A stretch of 64,000 nucleotides of DNA from Gemmatimonadales bacterium (lineage in GTDB: Bacteria > Gemmatimonadota > Gemmatimonadetes > Gemmatimonadales > GWC2-71-9), in assembly GCA_965249575.1 (NCBI GenBank), contig OZ252244.1, forward strand, positions 1,376,001 to 1,440,000, read 5' to 3'. Both the position numbers and the translations under genes were made by a program. Below, in pieces: positions 1 to 8,804 of this stretch; within the stretch, counting starts at the first letter, position 1; every line of letters begins with the position of its first letter. The notes beneath the pieces were generated by a model. The model did no database searches. It was not told where the DNA came from and was given only the letters and a program-made list of their open reading frames with translations.

Positions 1-2933
1 TCTCGCAGGGCGTCTTGAATCTCGGCGGTGTACTCGCCGACGAACCTCACGAAAATCGAGCGAGAGAGCTGGTACTCCACTTTGAGACGAGGGATTCTCG
101 AGGTCGAGAGATTGGTCCCGTCGCGTCGCCTGTCCAGGATGAGCTGGGTGAACCGAGGATTGATGCGCAGCTTATCGGTAGGGCGCCAGGTCAGCTCCGC
201 GGTCACGCGAAGGAGATTGACCTTCGTCGCCTCGATATACCCGACGTCGTGGAGCCGGTTCACCGCCAGCGAGGCCGAGAAACGCCCGAATTCTGGCGTG
301 TTGAACCTGCTGGTGACGCCGACGCCGTCATTGGCGCGCGGTGGCAACGGAAACGGAATCGTGTCGGTGGCAGACCCCACCAGCCGCTGGATCGCGTAGT
401 CGGCGTACCGTGCCGGGTCCCAATCATTGGTTTCCCAGTTCACCGAGATCCGCCCCCTCCAGCCGCCTTTCAACGTGAAGTTGTTGATGAAAAACGTTCG
501 ACTCTCCAGCGGGGGATCCGCATTCCAGAAGCCCCGATAGAGCCAATTGCCCGACAGCCGCACCGACGTGGTCCAGCTCTCGACCGTAGCACCGGGCTTG
601 CCGAACCAGGTGACGCCGTTGGTTAGGCTCGCCTGCACGACGTTCGTCCGGGGAACGAATCCGCTCTGCGTCTCGAAATCGGGATGGAACCCCGCCACCC
701 GATAGTTCATCCCGAATTGACGGCCCGCCCGGTTGAATGCCACCTCCCAGAGCGGCGCCCTGGTCGTGACCCCAGCGGTGCGGGTGATGCTTCCGCCGCC
801 CTGAAGCTGAAGCGAATACAGCTTGCCGAGCACTACCCGAACGTCGGCCGCTGCCACGCGGTTGTAGTTGTTCCCATCGATCTTGTCGGTGTAGAGGAGC
901 CCCGCCCAGGACCGGCTGCCGAGGTCCCGGCGAAGCCGCAACAAGTTGAAGATTGGATAATCGGTCTCATCGGCCGAGGTGAGCTTGCCGTCGACCGCCG
1001 ACAGCAGCCCTACGTTCCAGTTACCAACCTTGCCACCGACCTTCACACCACCGACCGGCTCGACGATCTGTCGGGTATGGATCAACCGGTTCGGCGTGTC
1101 GAACTGTTCGGCGCCCTCGAGGAAGAAGGGCCGCTTTTCCGGAAAGAAGAACGCGAAGCGCTGGTTCCCGGAGACCTGACCCACGTCGGCCTCCACCTGC
1201 GAGAAGTCGGGATTGACCGTGCCGTTGAGGGTGAGGTTCGGCGTCACACCCCAGCGAACGTTCCCGCCGAGCTCGGGATCGGGGTCCTGGTATTCCCACG
1301 CGCCGCCCACCAATGCCGGCTCGCCGTCCATGCGGGCGGTGAAGACCGGGTTGATGTCGAGAATCAACGCACGGGTGAACCCGGTGAGTCCACTGAACGT
1401 GCCGGACTGGCTCAAGAACGACGCGTTGGCCTTGCGCGCGGGGGTCCAGGTCTGCTGATGGCCGGAGTACTGCACCTGGCGAACAATGTTGATCCCCCAG
1501 TCCTGCGTGTCGGTGGACTGAAATCGAATGCTCTTGAAGGGAATTTTGACCTCGATCTCGTACCCGTTCTCCGTGATCCGTCCCTTGGAGTCGAACACGA
1601 AGTCCTGGCTCAGATCCACATCGGGAATGCCCCCGGTGGTTGGCAAGAAACGGGACCCGCCTTGCCGGATCTGAACGCCCTCGCTCCGGGTTCCGTCCGC
1701 CTGCGCGCCGAGTGGATTGACGGCAAACACCAGCGCGCGCCGTCGGTCGTTGAACGTATCGAGGAGAATCTGGACGTAGTCGTCGCTGCCGATCTTGTCC
1801 CGATCGGCAAGTGTCGCGCGCACGGCACCCGGTGGCGCGAACGCCCGGATACCAAAGTAGATCGCGTCCGCCCCGTACCAGACGAGGACGTCGGTCGAGT
1901 CGTCCGCTGGCAAGCCATCTTGCGGGTTGTACTGCGAGAAACCGGTGAGATGCGCCGCGGCCCCCCACGCCGCCTCGTCGAGCACGCCGTTCACCACCAC
2001 CGCCGCCTCGTGCCGCGGCAACGGCACCGCCAGCTGGCCCGACCGACCCGAGAACACCGCACCCGCACCGATCCCGGCCGCGCCGGTGGCCGCGAGGGAC
2101 GGCCCGTTCGTGGGCGCCGCGACCGCCGGCTGCTGCGGCGCGACCCGCTCCGCCCGCGCCGGCGGCGCCCCGTCCACGTACATCACCGGACACGCCCGCA
2201 CCTGCCCCCGCCGCCGCACCACCACCCGCCCCGCCCGTCCGTCCGCCAACGCCCGCTGCGCGTCCCGATACGCCCGCCCCCCCCACTCCCCCGCCCACAC
2301 TGCACACAAATCCGTGTAGCCCGCCTCCCCCGGCACCCGTGTCAGCAACACCGCCGCCTCCCCGCCCCCCCACACCGCGTCCTGCGCCGCCGCCCGCGCC
2401 GGCCCAAACCCCCAGTACCACACCGCCACCCCCCGATACCACGCCGGCCGCAACCGCCGCCCCGCCGGATCGTGCTCCAACGTGCTCCCCGCCGGCACCA
2501 CCACCGCCAGCACCATCTGCCCCGTCCCCACCACCCGCACCTGCCCCCGCCGCGCCAACGCCCGAATCACCGCCGCACTGCGCACCGCCACCGGCTCCAC
2601 CCCCCCCGCCACCACCTCCACCTCGTACACCCGCCGCACCACGCTGTAGCCCCCCACCCCCGGAATCGTCGAGAAGACCTCCCCTCCCCCCCGCACCCGG
2701 TACAACGTCCCCGCCTGCGGCTCCGTCCGCCCCAAATCGTACCACTGCACCGCCCGCCCCTTGTACCACCCGTCCCGCAACGGATAGTGCGTCGCAAACG
2801 CCTCCCCCAACTGCTCCACCGCGCTCCGCTCCACGGGTGACAACGGCTCGCCAGCCAGCACGTCGCCCTGGACTCCGTGGGCAGCCGAGACGGCCGACCA
2901 ACACAAGACGATCGAGAGCAATAGGGTCTTCAA
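1..2933 (-). CDS. Exported DUF5916/CBM9-like protein with an extra N-terminal tandem-repeat module; 3' end runs off the window
   Basis: Absent from the ORF track because no stop lies inside the window. Manual translation from TTG 2933 gives MKTLLLSIVLCWSAVSAAHG (signal peptide), then ...NGVLDEAAW...GFSQYNP...YFGIRA...DYVQILLDTFNDRRRALVFAVNPLGAQADG and, at the window edge, IPRLKVEYQLSRSIFVRFVGEY. All checked segments are in one frame. Confidence 0.85.
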   Translation of the reverse strand, partial: MKTLLLSIVLCWSAVSAAHGVQGDVLAGEPLSPVERSAVEQLGEAFATHYPLRDGWYKGRAVQWYDLGRTEPQAGTLYRVRGGGEVFSTIPGVGGYSVVRRVYEVEVVAGGVEPVAVRSAAVIRALARRGQVRVVGTGQMVLAVVVPAGSTLEHDPAGRRLRPAWYRGVAVWYWGFGPARAAAQDAVWGGGEAAVLLTRVPGEAGYTDLCAVWAGEWGGRAYRDAQRALADGRAGRVVVRRRGQVRACPVMYVDGAPPARAERVAPQQPAVAAPTNGPSLAATGAAGIGAGAVFSGRSGQLAVPLPRHEAAVVVNGVLDEAAWGAAAHLTGFSQYNPQDGLPADDSTDVLVWYGADAIYFGIRAFAPPGAVRATLADRDKIGSDDYVQILLDTFNDRRRALVFAVNPLGAQADGTRSEGVQIRQGGSRFLPTTGGIPDVDLSQDFVFDSKGRITENGYEIEVKIPFKSIRFQSTDTQDWGINIVRQVQYSGHQQTWTPARKANASFLSQSGTFSGLTGFTRALILDINPVFTARMDGEPALVGGAWEYQDPDPELGGNVRWGVTPNLTLNGTVNPDFSQVEADVGQVSGNQRFAFFFPEKRPFFLEGAEQFDTPNRLIHTRQIVEPVGGVKVGGKVGNWNVGLLSAVDGKLTSADETDYPIFNLLRLRRDLGSRSWAGLLYTDKIDGNNYNRVAAADVRVVLGKLYSLQLQGGGSITRTAGVTTRAPLWEVAFNRAGRQFGMNYRVAGFHPDFETQSGFVPRTNVVQASLTNGVTWFGKPGATVESWTTSVRLSGNWLYRGFWNADPPLESRTFFINNFTLKGGWRGRISVNWETNDWDPARYADYAIQRLVGSATDTIPFPLPPRANDGVGVTSRFNTPEFGRFSASLAVNRLHDVGYIEATKVNLLRVTAELTWRPTDKLRINPRFTQLILDRRRDGTNLSTSRIPRLKVEYQLSRSIFVRFVGEYTAEIQDALR
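2150..2835 (-). other. In-frame segment of intense G/T nucleotide skew (GRINS-like)
   Basis: Hand counts on the + strand: 2281-2340 C34/G9/A10/T7 and 2581-2640 C39/G8/A9/T4, versus 1741-1800 of the same gene C15/G19/A10/T16. Coding-strand codons are mostly GTG/GCG/CGG/GGG/TTG/CCG/ACG. Boundaries are approximate. Confidence 0.8.
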
Positions 2934-3024
2934 CTGAAGCCTAGAGTGTGTGGGAGCTGTTTCTGCGGAACATGCTACTGGAAGAATAGGCCCGACCGGC
3001 TCGCCAGTCGAGGACCGGGGTACC

Positions 3025-3399
3025 TTAGGTATCACCGTCTCGCCAGCGTCGCGGGCCGAGCACAACAAAAGGGATACTGAGCGGCACCAGCAACAACGCC
3101 GACCCCCAGCCCGTGATGCCGATCTGCCGCGCGTCACCCAGTGCCCAAACGCCCCACGCGATTGCGGCGAAGAAGAGGATGTAGATCGGCGTCATCAGCC
3201 GCCGATAGGTCAGCGACGGATGTCGCCACGGAGCGAAAAACAGGATGGACGCCAAAGAGGCGCCGAGTATGACGAGCCCGAGTAGCGCCTCGCGGGTCTG
3301 GCCGTCCACCCAGACGACGACCGAGAGGATCAGCACCCACACGAATCCTCCACTCCACCCCAGCATCCAGCCAAGCCTCTCGCCGCTGCGTGATGCCAT
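3025..3399 (-). CDS. Small integral membrane protein (about 4 TM), unknown function
   Basis: MASRSGERLGWMLGWSGGFVWVLILSVVVW... with four hydrophobic stretches; ATG at 3399. Confidence 0.7.
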   Translation of the reverse strand: MASRSGERLGWMLGWSGGFVWVLILSVVVWVDGQTREALLGLVILGASLASILFFAPWRHPSLTYRRLMTPIYILFFAAIAWGVWALGDARQIGITGWGSALLLVPLSIPFVVLGPRRWRDGDT

Positions 3400-3410
3400 C
3401 TCGGCTAACC

Positions 3411-3644
3411 CTAAGAGGACGGGCCCGTGATGCGAGGGCTGGCCGACCAAGGGCATGAATTTTGGGCCAGGCCCGCCAACACACACCGCTCCATACACGC
3501 ACCGAAAGTGATGTCGAGGAACTGCTCGTTCGTTGAGGGGATGGTACAGGCCCCCTTCTCACCCGCGCATGCTACTACACCGATGGCCACGCTGGCGGCC
3601 ACGATGGCACGGGTTAGGGTTTTGACGGGTGTTCGCGGCGTCAC
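3411..3644 (-). CDS. Small Cys-rich putative lipoprotein (77 aa)
   Basis: AGGAGG before GTG 3644; basic/hydrophobic leader ending VVA-C; four further Cys in the mature part. Confidence 0.55.
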   Translation of the reverse strand: MTPRTPVKTLTRAIVAASVAIGVVACAGEKGACTIPSTNEQFLDITFGACMERCVLAGLAQNSCPWSASPRITGPSS

Positions 3645-3900
3645 GTAGCCTCCTTGCCGACGTCGGCGGATATCACTCCTTCGCCGAGACTGGAACTGCT
3701 GCCCAGCTGCCCTAGCTCCTCGTACGATATGCTCTCGAGATGTCGTTGGATAGCACGAGGCGGTGATGATCGCCACCCAGTGACATTCGAAACGGTGAGT
3801 ACAGCAACCGAGGCCCCGCGGTGCGCGGGACCTCAGCGTCCATCGTCGAGTGGCGCCTCGGGCTCACCGAAGCGGTACTACGCCCCAGCGCGGATACTGG

Positions 3901-4818
3901 TTACCGCCGGTTGAAGCGGTCAACTGCTCGAGCCCCGCCGCCTCGCCGGCCAGGGGCATGATGTAAATCTGACCGGGGGGGGAAATGACGTCCGCTCGAA
4001 AAAACGATCTGGGTGCCGTCCGGAGAACAGTCGGGATCACCGTCTGGTCCAGCATACGTCGTGAGGCGGCGCTGGTTCGTGCCGAATTGATCCATGACCC
4101 ACACGTCACCCCACGGATCGTCCCGGGATGACACGAACAGGATCTCGCTTCCGTCGGGCGACCACCGCGGCGACCAGTTGTCCGGGAACGTGTTGGTCAG
4201 GCGGGTTCCACGCATTCCGTCAGGTGTCGTAAGGTAGATCTGGAGGTCTCCCGGGGATCTGTTCGACGAGAACACGATCTGGGTACCGTCGGGCGACCAG
4301 TCGGGCGACCACTCGTGTGCCGTTGTGTTGCTAATGTTCGTTTGGTTCAATCCATCTACGTTCATGACAAAGAGATCGTTGTCTCCATCACGATTGCTTA
4401 TGAAGGCGATCTGGCTTCCATCAGGCGACCACGTGGGCCAGACATCCATGTCCCCGTTCGTGGTCAGCCGATCCAGGTCCGAGCCGTCGAGGTCCGACGT
4501 GTAGATCTCGGCGTTCCCGATGCCGTGACGCACGGTGACAAAGACGATACGCGAACCGTCCGGAGAGATCGCCGCTTGATTGTCGTTAGCGCCCGAGAAG
4601 CTCGTGACGTTGCTCTGGGCGGAACCGTCGGGATGCATGATGTACACTTCGGCGTCGGTGTCGCGGTGACTCGTGAACACGATGACTTGTTTCCCAGACA
4701 CGCCACGCCTACCCAGTGACGGGCTCGCCACCTCGACGCGGTTTGAGCCGACCGGGCCGCTCACGTCGCAGGCGCCTAACAGGGTGCAGAGGAGCAGTGC
4801 GGGAATCGCGGATCGCAT
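3901..4818 (-). CDS. TolB-like PD40-repeat lipoprotein; C-terminus frameshifted, true end probably 3864
   Basis: Lipobox LLGAC and repeated P-x-WSPDG-x-QIVF motifs. The last blade (GQIYIMPL...LTASTGGNQYPRW) continues in another frame across a G8 run at 3975-3982. Confidence 0.85.
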   Translation of the reverse strand: MRSAIPALLLCTLLGACDVSGPVGSNRVEVASPSLGRRGVSGKQVIVFTSHRDTDAEVYIMHPDGSAQSNVTSFSGANDNQAAISPDGSRIVFVTVRHGIGNAEIYTSDLDGSDLDRLTTNGDMDVWPTWSPDGSQIAFISNRDGDNDLFVMNVDGLNQTNISNTTAHEWSPDWSPDGTQIVFSSNRSPGDLQIYLTTPDGMRGTRLTNTFPDNWSPRWSPDGSEILFVSSRDDPWGDVWVMDQFGTNQRRLTTYAGPDGDPDCSPDGTQIVFSSGRHFPPRSDLHHAPGRRGGGARAVDRFNRR

Positions 4819-5006
4819 GAGGTCTCTCCAGGTTGAGATTGGGCAGTGGCTACTCGACCCTTCTGACCTGTACTGCGACAAACCGGGATCGAACCCGCCA
4901 TCCCACCGGTCGGGGAGTTCGTAGGTGGTACAGCGGCCGGCCCTAACCCATTATTGAACGGCATACGGGCGACCGACCCCCGTACGATCCTTCCGAGGAG
5001 ACGACG

Positions 5007-5144
5007 ATGTTCGAGCTCATCCCTGTGGTCAGACCTCCCGCGGCGGCGATCGCGTTGTTGATTGTGACTACCCGCCTCGCGTGGGCACAGGGCCGGACGG
5101 TGTTATACCCCAGCCGTACGTGGCGCTCATCAACACTCAGGTGA
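5007..5144 (+). pseudogene. Signal-peptide-only remnant of an exported protein (45 aa)
   Basis: GAGGAG RBS, then MFELIPVVRPPAAAIALLIVTTRLAWA-QG and an early stop. Confidence 0.3.
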
Positions 5145-5170
5145 TCTGGGGGGGGTGACTGGAACGTGCC

Positions 5171-5224
5171 GACTAACAGGACGCTGAAGCTAACGAACTT
5201 CGCCTACGGGAGGGTTCGAGCTCA
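5171..5224 (+). other. Degenerate attC-like (integron cassette) site remnant
   Basis: GACTAAC...TGAAGCT-AA-CGAAC...GTTCG-AGCTCA gives paired L boxes with one extra base; the right GTT core is missing. Confidence 0.3.
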
Positions 5225-5243
5225 ACTCGGAGAAACGAAAGAC

Positions 5244-5780
5244 ATGCGCATGCATCGCTACACCCTATCCACTCGCACAAACCTGACTCTTGCTCTCCTT
5301 ACCATCCCAATTGCCCCGCTATGCACGTCGCGTGTTTTGGCACAAGAACACTCGGTGATTCAGCAGTTCATTGGTGCGTGGGAAGGGCATGGCACACTCT
5401 TTGGAACTGACGCAACGTTCACCATGAAGTGGGAATGGGTACTCGAGCGACGATTCCTGCATCTGACCTTCAAGAACCAAACGCGCAGCCGCGATGGCAC
5501 AGAGCGTATTCTCAGAGCACAGGCGTTCTATTTGCCCATAGGAGAAGGACGATTCGAAGGAACCTGGTTTGATTCCCGAGGCATGGTACTGCCGCTACAG
5601 GGGAGTGCCGAGCAAACCACGTTGACTACACTTTGGGGAACGCAGGAGACCGAGCGCGGTCGAACCGTGTACCGTCTGCTGAACGAGAGCGAGCTCGAGG
5701 TCGAGGATTCTGTTTGGCGTGGCGATCAATTGCATGAGTTCGGTCGTGCGACATACGGGCGCGTGGCGACTGACCCATAG
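5244..5780 (+). CDS. Exported DUF1579-like beta-barrel protein
   Basis: Signal peptide ending VLA-Q; FIGAWEG...WEWVL...GTWFDSRG motifs; visibly lower GC than the flanks. Confidence 0.7.
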   Translation: MRMHRYTLSTRTNLTLALLTIPIAPLCTSRVLAQEHSVIQQFIGAWEGHGTLFGTDATFTMKWEWVLERRFLHLTFKNQTRSRDGTERILRAQAFYLPIGEGRFEGTWFDSRGMVLPLQGSAEQTTLTTLWGTQETERGRTVYRLLNESELEVEDSVWRGDQLHEFGRATYGRVATDP

Positions 5781-5896
5781 AGGTTGTGGACCCACCACAC
5801 CAACCGCACGACCAGCCAACGGTGGGGTACGTCACCGATCCAGGCTCGGCACTGGCGAGAAGGCCGAACGGGCGCGCGAAGGTAACTGGCAACGAC

Positions 5897-7234
5897 TCAT
5901 CCGCCCATCTGGCTCTGTTGCTCCTGTTCATCCCCCTCCTCCTCTTCGTCGTCCCCGAACTCTTCCTCCTTCAGTCGAAACTGCTCGGCCAGCTCAGGGT
6001 CGTCCTCGACTCCCAGAACTCGCTTTGCGATATACTCACCCAGCACCGGGCCCGACTTGAACGATTCCGCGGCCCCACCGCCGGCCAGCCACACGTTGGC
6101 GAAGTCGGGGTGCTTGTCGATGATGAAGTTGCGATCGACCGTGCTATCGTAGTGACACGCCCGAGTCTCGATGATCGGCGCCCCCAAGAGTCCTGGGAAG
6201 TACTGCTCGATGATCTCGCGCGGACGGCGGTGGTATTGCTCGTCAATCCACCGGTCACTGTAGTCGGGATCCTCCTGCGGGCGGCCTCCGGTCCGAACCC
6301 TGAAGCCGCGCAGGTCGCTGCTCAGTCCCGGCCACCCCGTACAGCCTGGAACTCCGTAACTCGGCATGTTGGGATGCACGAAGCGGGTGTCCCCGGGTGG
6401 AATACCGAAGTAAAAGACGTGACCGATGCTGGTGCGAAGTCGCGTGGACATGAACGTGGGAAACACTTTGGGGAACCACGGCCCGCACGCGAAAACGAAG
6501 AGGGACGCTGCGATCGCATCGCCGCCCTCGACTGAAACGGTCTGCAATCGGTCGCCGCTTCGTTCGCCCATCGTGGCTCGTCCCAGAGTGAGTTTCCCGC
6601 CTTCGCGGACGAACACCTCCGCGATCGACTCGATGGCCCTCCTCGCCCTGACGACTCCGGCACCGGGCTCATAGAGCGCGGTTCCCACGCCGTCCACGCG
6701 AATCCAGGGCCACCGGTGCGCTACCTCCTCCGGTGTGAGAACCTCGTAGGGGATGCCGAGCGAATCCCAGTTCGCCTGCGTGTCCTCGAGGTACGGCTCG
6801 CTCTCCTCGCGCATGATGAGATCGCCCGTCTTGTAGAACAGGCGCGGAAGGAGCCGGGTACCATACGTCCCATCCCACTCCTCCCAGCGCGACATGGCCT
6901 CTCGCGCCACGCGCGACCACAAGAGGCCATGCGGGCGATCGCCGTACGAGGTGCGTACGCCCCGGGTCTCGCCACCCGAGGTCTGGCGCGAGTTTCCGGG
7001 CCCGTAGAGATCGACCACCGTCACGCTTGCGCCGAGCCTCAGCAGGTTCAGGGCCGTCCACATCCCAAACGACCCGGCCCCAATGACCGCGACCTCCGGG
7101 GACTGCCGCCGGCGTACTGATGCGCCTGGTGACTCGGTGTTCGGCCGCGCACCGGACGCTGCCGATGCCCCGGTCAACGCGAGGCCCGCCCCGGTCGTTG
7201 CGACTCTTAGGAACTCCCTGCGATCGACCGTCAT
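5897..7234 (-). CDS. Tat-exported FAD-dependent amine oxidase (sarcosine oxidase/DAO family)
   Basis: Tat motif DRREFL; GAGSFG dinucleotide motif; SGGETR; RACHYD at the position of the flavinylated Cys of MSOX-type enzymes; acidic tail. Confidence 0.9.
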   Translation of the reverse strand: MTVDRREFLRVATTGAGLALTGASAASGARPNTESPGASVRRRQSPEVAVIGAGSFGMWTALNLLRLGASVTVVDLYGPGNSRQTSGGETRGVRTSYGDRPHGLLWSRVAREAMSRWEEWDGTYGTRLLPRLFYKTGDLIMREESEPYLEDTQANWDSLGIPYEVLTPEEVAHRWPWIRVDGVGTALYEPGAGVVRARRAIESIAEVFVREGGKLTLGRATMGERSGDRLQTVSVEGGDAIAASLFVFACGPWFPKVFPTFMSTRLRTSIGHVFYFGIPPGDTRFVHPNMPSYGVPGCTGWPGLSSDLRGFRVRTGGRPQEDPDYSDRWIDEQYHRRPREIIEQYFPGLLGAPIIETRACHYDSTVDRNFIIDKHPDFANVWLAGGGAAESFKSGPVLGEYIAKRVLGVEDDPELAEQFRLKEEEFGDDEEEEGDEQEQQSQMGG

Positions 7235-7722
7235 CTCCCACCGCCCCCGCTTTCAGCCCTGCTGGCCCCGGGACCCAAGGGGATCGACTCCATCGACTCC
7301 GCTGTGGGCACCAATTCGATGGCACCGGAACGGTAGTTGTTGAGCTCCAAGAGATAGGCGATTACATCCGCGTACGTCCGCGACGGAAGGGTTCCCGGCG
7401 CGGTCTCGGGCATGGTCGCCGTCATGCGGGTGTACAGATTCCACACCGTCTGTCGGCGCCACCTCCACTCGAAGTCCCGGCCACGGAACTCGCTCGTCTT
7501 GTGGCACCCGCCGCACGCGCTCCGAAACACGGCCTGGCCGCGAGCCGCTTGCTCGGAAGAGTAAAACCCGACAACCGCCTTGGCCCCGGGTGCCGGGGTA
7601 CCGTCCGCTGGAGCGGCAGACTTGGCGCAACTCGAGGTCAGCGCGAGGGCGGCCGCCGCTAGTGCCGCACGAACCGCTGCACCCGCTTTCCGGTGTTGAC
7701 TTCCGCCGTGTAGAGATTCCAT
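7231..7722 (-). CDS. Monoheme cytochrome c, probable lipoprotein (start uncertain)
   Basis: YSSEQAARGQAVF, CGGCH and TMP distal ligand; LALTSSC lipobox; stop overlaps the start of the next gene. Confidence 0.85.
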   Translation of the reverse strand: MESLHGGSQHRKAGAAVRAALAAAALALTSSCAKSAAPADGTPAPGAKAVVGFYSSEQAARGQAVFRSACGGCHKTSEFRGRDFEWRWRRQTVWNLYTRMTATMPETAPGTLPSRTYADVIAYLLELNNYRSGAIELVPTAESMESIPLGPGASRAESGGGGR

Positions 7723-8804
7723 TGCGAATCCATGGCGGCACTGTGCACCCAGTTGAACTGCCCCGCGCTCCGTCCACCGCGGCCGAACTCTCCCACGACC
7801 TGAAGCGATTCGCGCGACAGCATCCAGACTTTCATGTTCGTGCCGTCCGGCACGAACAGCCAGCGCTGTTCCGGGTCGGGTGACAGCACCAGGTCCCACA
7901 CCGAGCCCATTGCGAGCGTGCGCTTTGCGAGAGAAGCCTCACGCACGAACGACCCATCTCTTCGAAACACCTGGATCCTGTTGTTCACCCGGTCGCCGGC
8001 GTAGACGAATCCGTCCCGCGCAATGCGGACGGCGTGCATGGGACTCCGAAACGAGCGAGCGGGCTCCGCGCGGGGATCGTAGGGGGGAAGTGGGTCGTCG
8101 GATGGACGCAGGCCGTAAGCACCCCAATGACGCTTGTACGCACCGGTCTCCGCATCGAACACGATGACCCGCCTATTCAAGTATCCGTCCGCTACGTACA
8201 GCTCGTGGGTTTCGGGATCGACCGCCACGTTGGTCGCTGAACCGAGGTGCCGCGTGTCGTTACTCCCGTTGGTGACTCCCCATTCGCCAATCGTCAGCAG
8301 CCGCTCACCGGTGCGTGAGAACTTCAAGATGACCTGGTCCCCCGTCCCGTTGCTCGCGATCCAAACGTTGTCTTCATGATCGACGTGTAGGCCGTGCTCG
8401 CTCCGGGGCCACCGTTTTCCGTTTCGCCAGGCGCGTATGGGCGCACCCCGGTCGTCGTGCTCGACGGAGTCGGGTCCGCCCCAGGCCTGCACCACGTTGC
8501 CTGCCTGGTCGAACTCGATGATCGATGGGGCCGGGACGCAGCACTGCGACAGTGGTGGATCCTGGACCGCCCCAGCCTCACGCGCCGTCAGCGTGAGCGG
8601 CCGATGTACGATCCAGACGTGGTCCCGGGAATCGACAGCTATACCCGATACCTGCCCGACGATCCAATCGTTGCGCAGGGGCTTGGGCCAGTGCGGGTCG
8701 ACGCGATAGGCGCCGGGGGTGTCCTGTGCGGCCTGCGCGCGGGCCGTGAACGTGCTCGTCGTGAGAATCAGGAGGAGACCGATCCGGCGGCCCAAGACAG
8801 TCAC
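7659..8804 (-). CDS. Exported NHL-repeat six-bladed propeller (peptidyl-hydroxyglycine lyase-like)
   Basis: Signal peptide; YRVDPHWPK, VAVD...YVADGYLNRRV, YAGDRVNNRIQVF and FNWVHS motifs. Confidence 0.85.
   Translation of the reverse strand: MTVLGRRIGLLLILTTSTFTARAQAAQDTPGAYRVDPHWPKPLRNDWIVGQVSGIAVDSRDHVWIVHRPLTLTAREAGAVQDPPLSQCCVPAPSIIEFDQAGNVVQAWGGPDSVEHDDRGAPIRAWRNGKRWPRSEHGLHVDHEDNVWIASNGTGDQVILKFSRTGERLLTIGEWGVTNGSNDTRHLGSATNVAVDPETHELYVADGYLNRRVIVFDAETGAYKRHWGAYGLRPSDDPLPPYDPRAEPARSFRSPMHAVRIARDGFVYAGDRVNNRIQVFRRDGSFVREASLAKRTLAMGSVWDLVLSPDPEQRWLFVPDGTNMKVWMLSRESLQVVGEFGRGGRSAGQFNWVHSAAMDSQWNLYTAEVNTGKRVQRFVRH

Noticed and set aside
684..2944. Long Pro/His/Arg-rich or Gly-rich ORFs (684..2840 +, 2339..2944 +, 1021..2904 -)
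   Set aside because: Shadow frames of the real minus-strand DUF5916 gene, kept open by the C-rich skew; they have no independent RBS or family motifs.
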